Shown here piece by piece: positions 59,123 through 60,892 of a DNA stretch of 60,892 bases. The notes under the pieces are model-generated. The model worked only from the letters and a program-made list of their open reading frames with translations. It ran no database searches and had not been told where the DNA came from. Location of the stretch: positions 1-60,892 of the IMG/VR virus record IMGVR_UViG_3300047160_014297, one strand, 5' to 3'. This stretch comes from a virus. The first letter of the stretch is position 1. The number at the start of each line of letters is the position of its first letter. A program made the translations under genes and the position numbers.

Positions 59123-59901
59123 TCCTCGTCGATGACCGTATCGGGTCCGTTGAAGTGGTGCCCTACTTGAGGCCTTACGGGTTGAACGTCGAAGTGACCC
59201 GGTTACCGATCGGTGACTTTCAGTTTGTCGGTAACGGTCCGGACGGTGACGTCGATGTCGGGATTGAACGGAAGCGGTTGACCGATCTGGTGCAGTGTAT
59301 CCGCGACAAGCGACTTGCCGGGTTTCAACTGATCGGTGATGACGACAAACCAGGGTTACTGGAAACGTTCGATTACCTGTATTTGGTGGTGGAGGGGGTG
59401 TACCGGCCCGGACTCCGCGGAACAACAGAGTACCTACGGGCCGGAGAATGGACCACGTTATGTGCGGGCTCAAGTCCGATCTTGTATTTGGAAGTCGATT
59501 CTTTTTTGACGAGTTTGGCGCTGAGAGGTATTACACGGATCGGCGAGCCTGTCCGTGTCGACCGGACAGCGTCCATTCAAGAGACGGGCGCCCACATCGC
59601 GACACTGGTGTCGAACTGGACCGGCAAGTTGTGGAAGGAGCACCGGTCACACAGGGACATCTACACCAGGGTTCCGAGGGTCGTGAAAGGTAAGGTGGGG
59701 TTCGTCAAGCCGAGAAATGATTTGACGGTCAAAATGATCGCCCAGATCGACGGGTTGCACGAAAAGGCGTGGGAGTGCCGGAAGTATTTCGAATTACCGG
59801 AAGATTTCGTAGGAGCGAGTGTTCGTAAGTGGCAACAGGTTGATGGAATAGGCAAGAAAATGGCCGAACGGATCGTAGGGCAGTTGCGGAGGGTCAAGTG
59901 A
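59119..59901 (+). CDS. ERCC4 (XPF/Mus81/Hef-type) nuclease with a C-terminal helix-hairpin-helix
   Basis: GDFQF....VGIERKRLTDL gives the GDxn-ERKx3D motif. The C-terminal VDGIGKKMAERIV is an HhH. Confidence 0.75.
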   Translation: MILVDDRIGSVEVVPYLRPYGLNVEVTRLPIGDFQFVGNGPDGDVDVGIERKRLTDLVQCIRDKRLAGFQLIGDDDKPGLLETFDYLYLVVEGVYRPGLRGTTEYLRAGEWTTLCAGSSPILYLEVDSFLTSLALRGITRIGEPVRVDRTASIQETGAHIATLVSNWTGKLWKEHRSHRDIYTRVPRVVKGKVGFVKPRNDLTVKMIAQIDGLHEKAWECRKYFELPEDFVGASVRKWQQVDGIGKKMAERIVGQLRRVK

Positions 59902-60206
59902 AGAAAGTGATGTTGCTGGTTGCCGGTTTACTGTTGCTGATAGCAACATCCGCCGATGGTTATCGGTCGCCCAGGTCCTGCGACGGAAACCCAGCGAACG
60001 ACGACACTCACTGCAGGTGTGTGTTGTGGCACGACTTCAAAGAGAGCTTTTGCCGGGACACGTCGAAAATGATGCCAGCGTGTTGTATCGCGACGGAGAA
60101 GAAGTCGAAGTTTAGGTTGTGCCGGTGTTGTGGGTATTTGATTGATATTGTCAAGCGGGGCTGGGTTATCTACTCGCATGAGAACGTGGTGGAGTACCAG
60201 CAATGA
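59898..60206 (+). CDS. Secreted Cys-rich small protein
   Basis: GTG start. Signal peptide is MKKVMLLVAGLLLLIATSADG. The mature part has 10 Cys. Confidence 0.55.
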   Translation: MKKVMLLVAGLLLLIATSADGYRSPRSCDGNPANDDTHCRCVLWHDFKESFCRDTSKMMPACCIATEKKSKFRLCRCCGYLIDIVKRGWVIYSHENVVEYQQ

Positions 60207-60691
60207 TTGAACGGATTGTGAGTGGTGGTCAGACCGGGGTCGATACCGGTGCCCTGCTGGCCGGTTATGCGCTGGATTTACGGACGGGTGGCTGGGCGCC
60301 GAAAGACTGGATGACCGAATACGGTGAACAGCCGGAATTCATGCAACTGTTGGGATTGAAAGAATCACCTGCCGGTTACGCTTCAGCCGTGGAGAGGAAC
60401 GTCAGGGATAGCGACGGGACACTGCTGATCGTGCCGGATGGCCAGGGGTTTACCGGTGGGACCCACACCGCGTTTTGTGTCGCGGAAAGTTTAGAGAAGC
60501 CACTGTATGTCTGGAGGTGGATTGGCGGCAGGGCAAGTCTCGATATTTGTTTGGGGTTGTGGGGTTATTTGCACCAGGTGAGGACGTTGAACGTGGTGGG
60601 GCCGAGCGAGAGTGGATGGAGGGACGGGACACGGGTTGCGGCAGAGTATCTGTTGCGGGAGTTGGCCGATCAGACGAGGTGGGATGTATGA
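60203..60691 (+). CDS. SLOG-superfamily protein of the 'molybdenum-cofactor-carrier'/YpsA-like type
   Basis: IVSGGQTGVDTGALLAGYALDLRTGGWAPKDWMTEYG...NVRDSDGTLLI matches the SGGQTG.D...GGW.P.G...E...NV.DSDGTL pattern. Confidence 0.6.
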   Translation: MIERIVSGGQTGVDTGALLAGYALDLRTGGWAPKDWMTEYGEQPEFMQLLGLKESPAGYASAVERNVRDSDGTLLIVPDGQGFTGGTHTAFCVAESLEKPLYVWRWIGGRASLDICLGLWGYLHQVRTLNVVGPSESGWRDGTRVAAEYLLRELADQTRWDV

Positions 60692-60892
60692 CGTTACGGT
60701 GGACGTTACGGTGGATCGTGCACGTGGTACTGATGGCGGCGACGATGACGGGCGCAGACGCAGGCGTTCAATTAAGGAGGGAAAGTAACGTGGGAATGCC
60801 GATTAACAATGAGACATTGATAGCGTGTGTCATTTGCGGGCATGACATCATGCTGCACAGGCCCGAGGACGACTGGCCTTGCGATGTCTGTT
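60688..60892 (+). CDS. N-terminal part of the junction-spanning ORF (continues at 1..123; about 87 aa in total)
   Basis: ATGA coupling to the upstream stop. MTLRWTLRW is encoded by a 12-bp tandem duplication (60691-60714). A hydrophobic segment follows. Confidence 0.45.
   Translation, partial: MTLRWTLRWIVHVVLMAATMTGADAGVQLRRESNVGMPINNETLIACVICGHDIMLHRPEDDWPCDVC
60829..60892. repeat. Second copy of the 64-bp terminal direct repeat
   Basis: Identical to bases 1-64. Confidence 0.95.

Overview
The first 64 bases are identical to the last 64 (1-64 = 60829-60892), so this window looks like a complete, circularly closed or terminally redundant dsDNA phage genome with a unique length of about 60.8 kb. 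It is densely coded and has two arms. The plus arm runs from about 45.2 kb through the junction to 4.4 kb and carries early and replication genes. These include:
- an SF1 UvrD-like helicase and an XPD/DinG-like Fe-S helicase;
- a ParB-like protein and a P-loop ATPase;
- a PD-(D/E)XK nuclease, a Sak4-like ATPase and an ERCC4/XPF-like nuclease;
- a SLOG/MoCo-carrier-like protein and an NrdR-like zinc ribbon;
- a family A DNA polymerase split into a UDG-like plus 3'-5' exonuclease ORF and a polymerase ORF.

The minus arm runs from 44.6 kb down to 4.4 kb. In order it carries:
- an endolysin and a holin-like gene;
- a glycosyltransferase module (HTH, GT2, and a split TMTC-like GT-C with TPR);
- terS and terL, the portal, the scaffold and the major capsid protein;
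- tail proteins, internal-virion-like proteins, and two fibre or spike genes.

I see no tail sheath, no tape measure, no integrase, no single-subunit RNA polymerase and no complete tRNA, so the architecture is podovirus-like.

The most unusual observations are these:
1. A 13-bp palindrome, CGTAGA(G/C)TCTACG, is present 11 times. All seven intragenic copies read Val-Glu-Ser-Thr in frame, and the central base switches polarity between two genome arcs.
2. A phage-borne glycosylation module contains a GT-C enzyme split at a TAATG junction.
3. A translationally coupled cassette of three Sec-signal-peptide proteins, including a 1210-aa beta-helix protein, is embedded in the tail module.
4. There are repeat- and iteron-rich control regions at 44.6-45.2 kb and 51.2-51.5 kb.
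5. Promoter-like sites with a fixed 8-nt spacing from the -10 box to the ATG suggest leaderless first genes.
6. The head module encodes a set of very small Arg/Gly/Lys-rich ORFs, one controlled by an SD-sequestering hairpin.
7. Two free-standing LAGLIDADG homing endonuclease genes flank the scaffold gene.

All functional calls come from motif recognition by eye. No database search was run.
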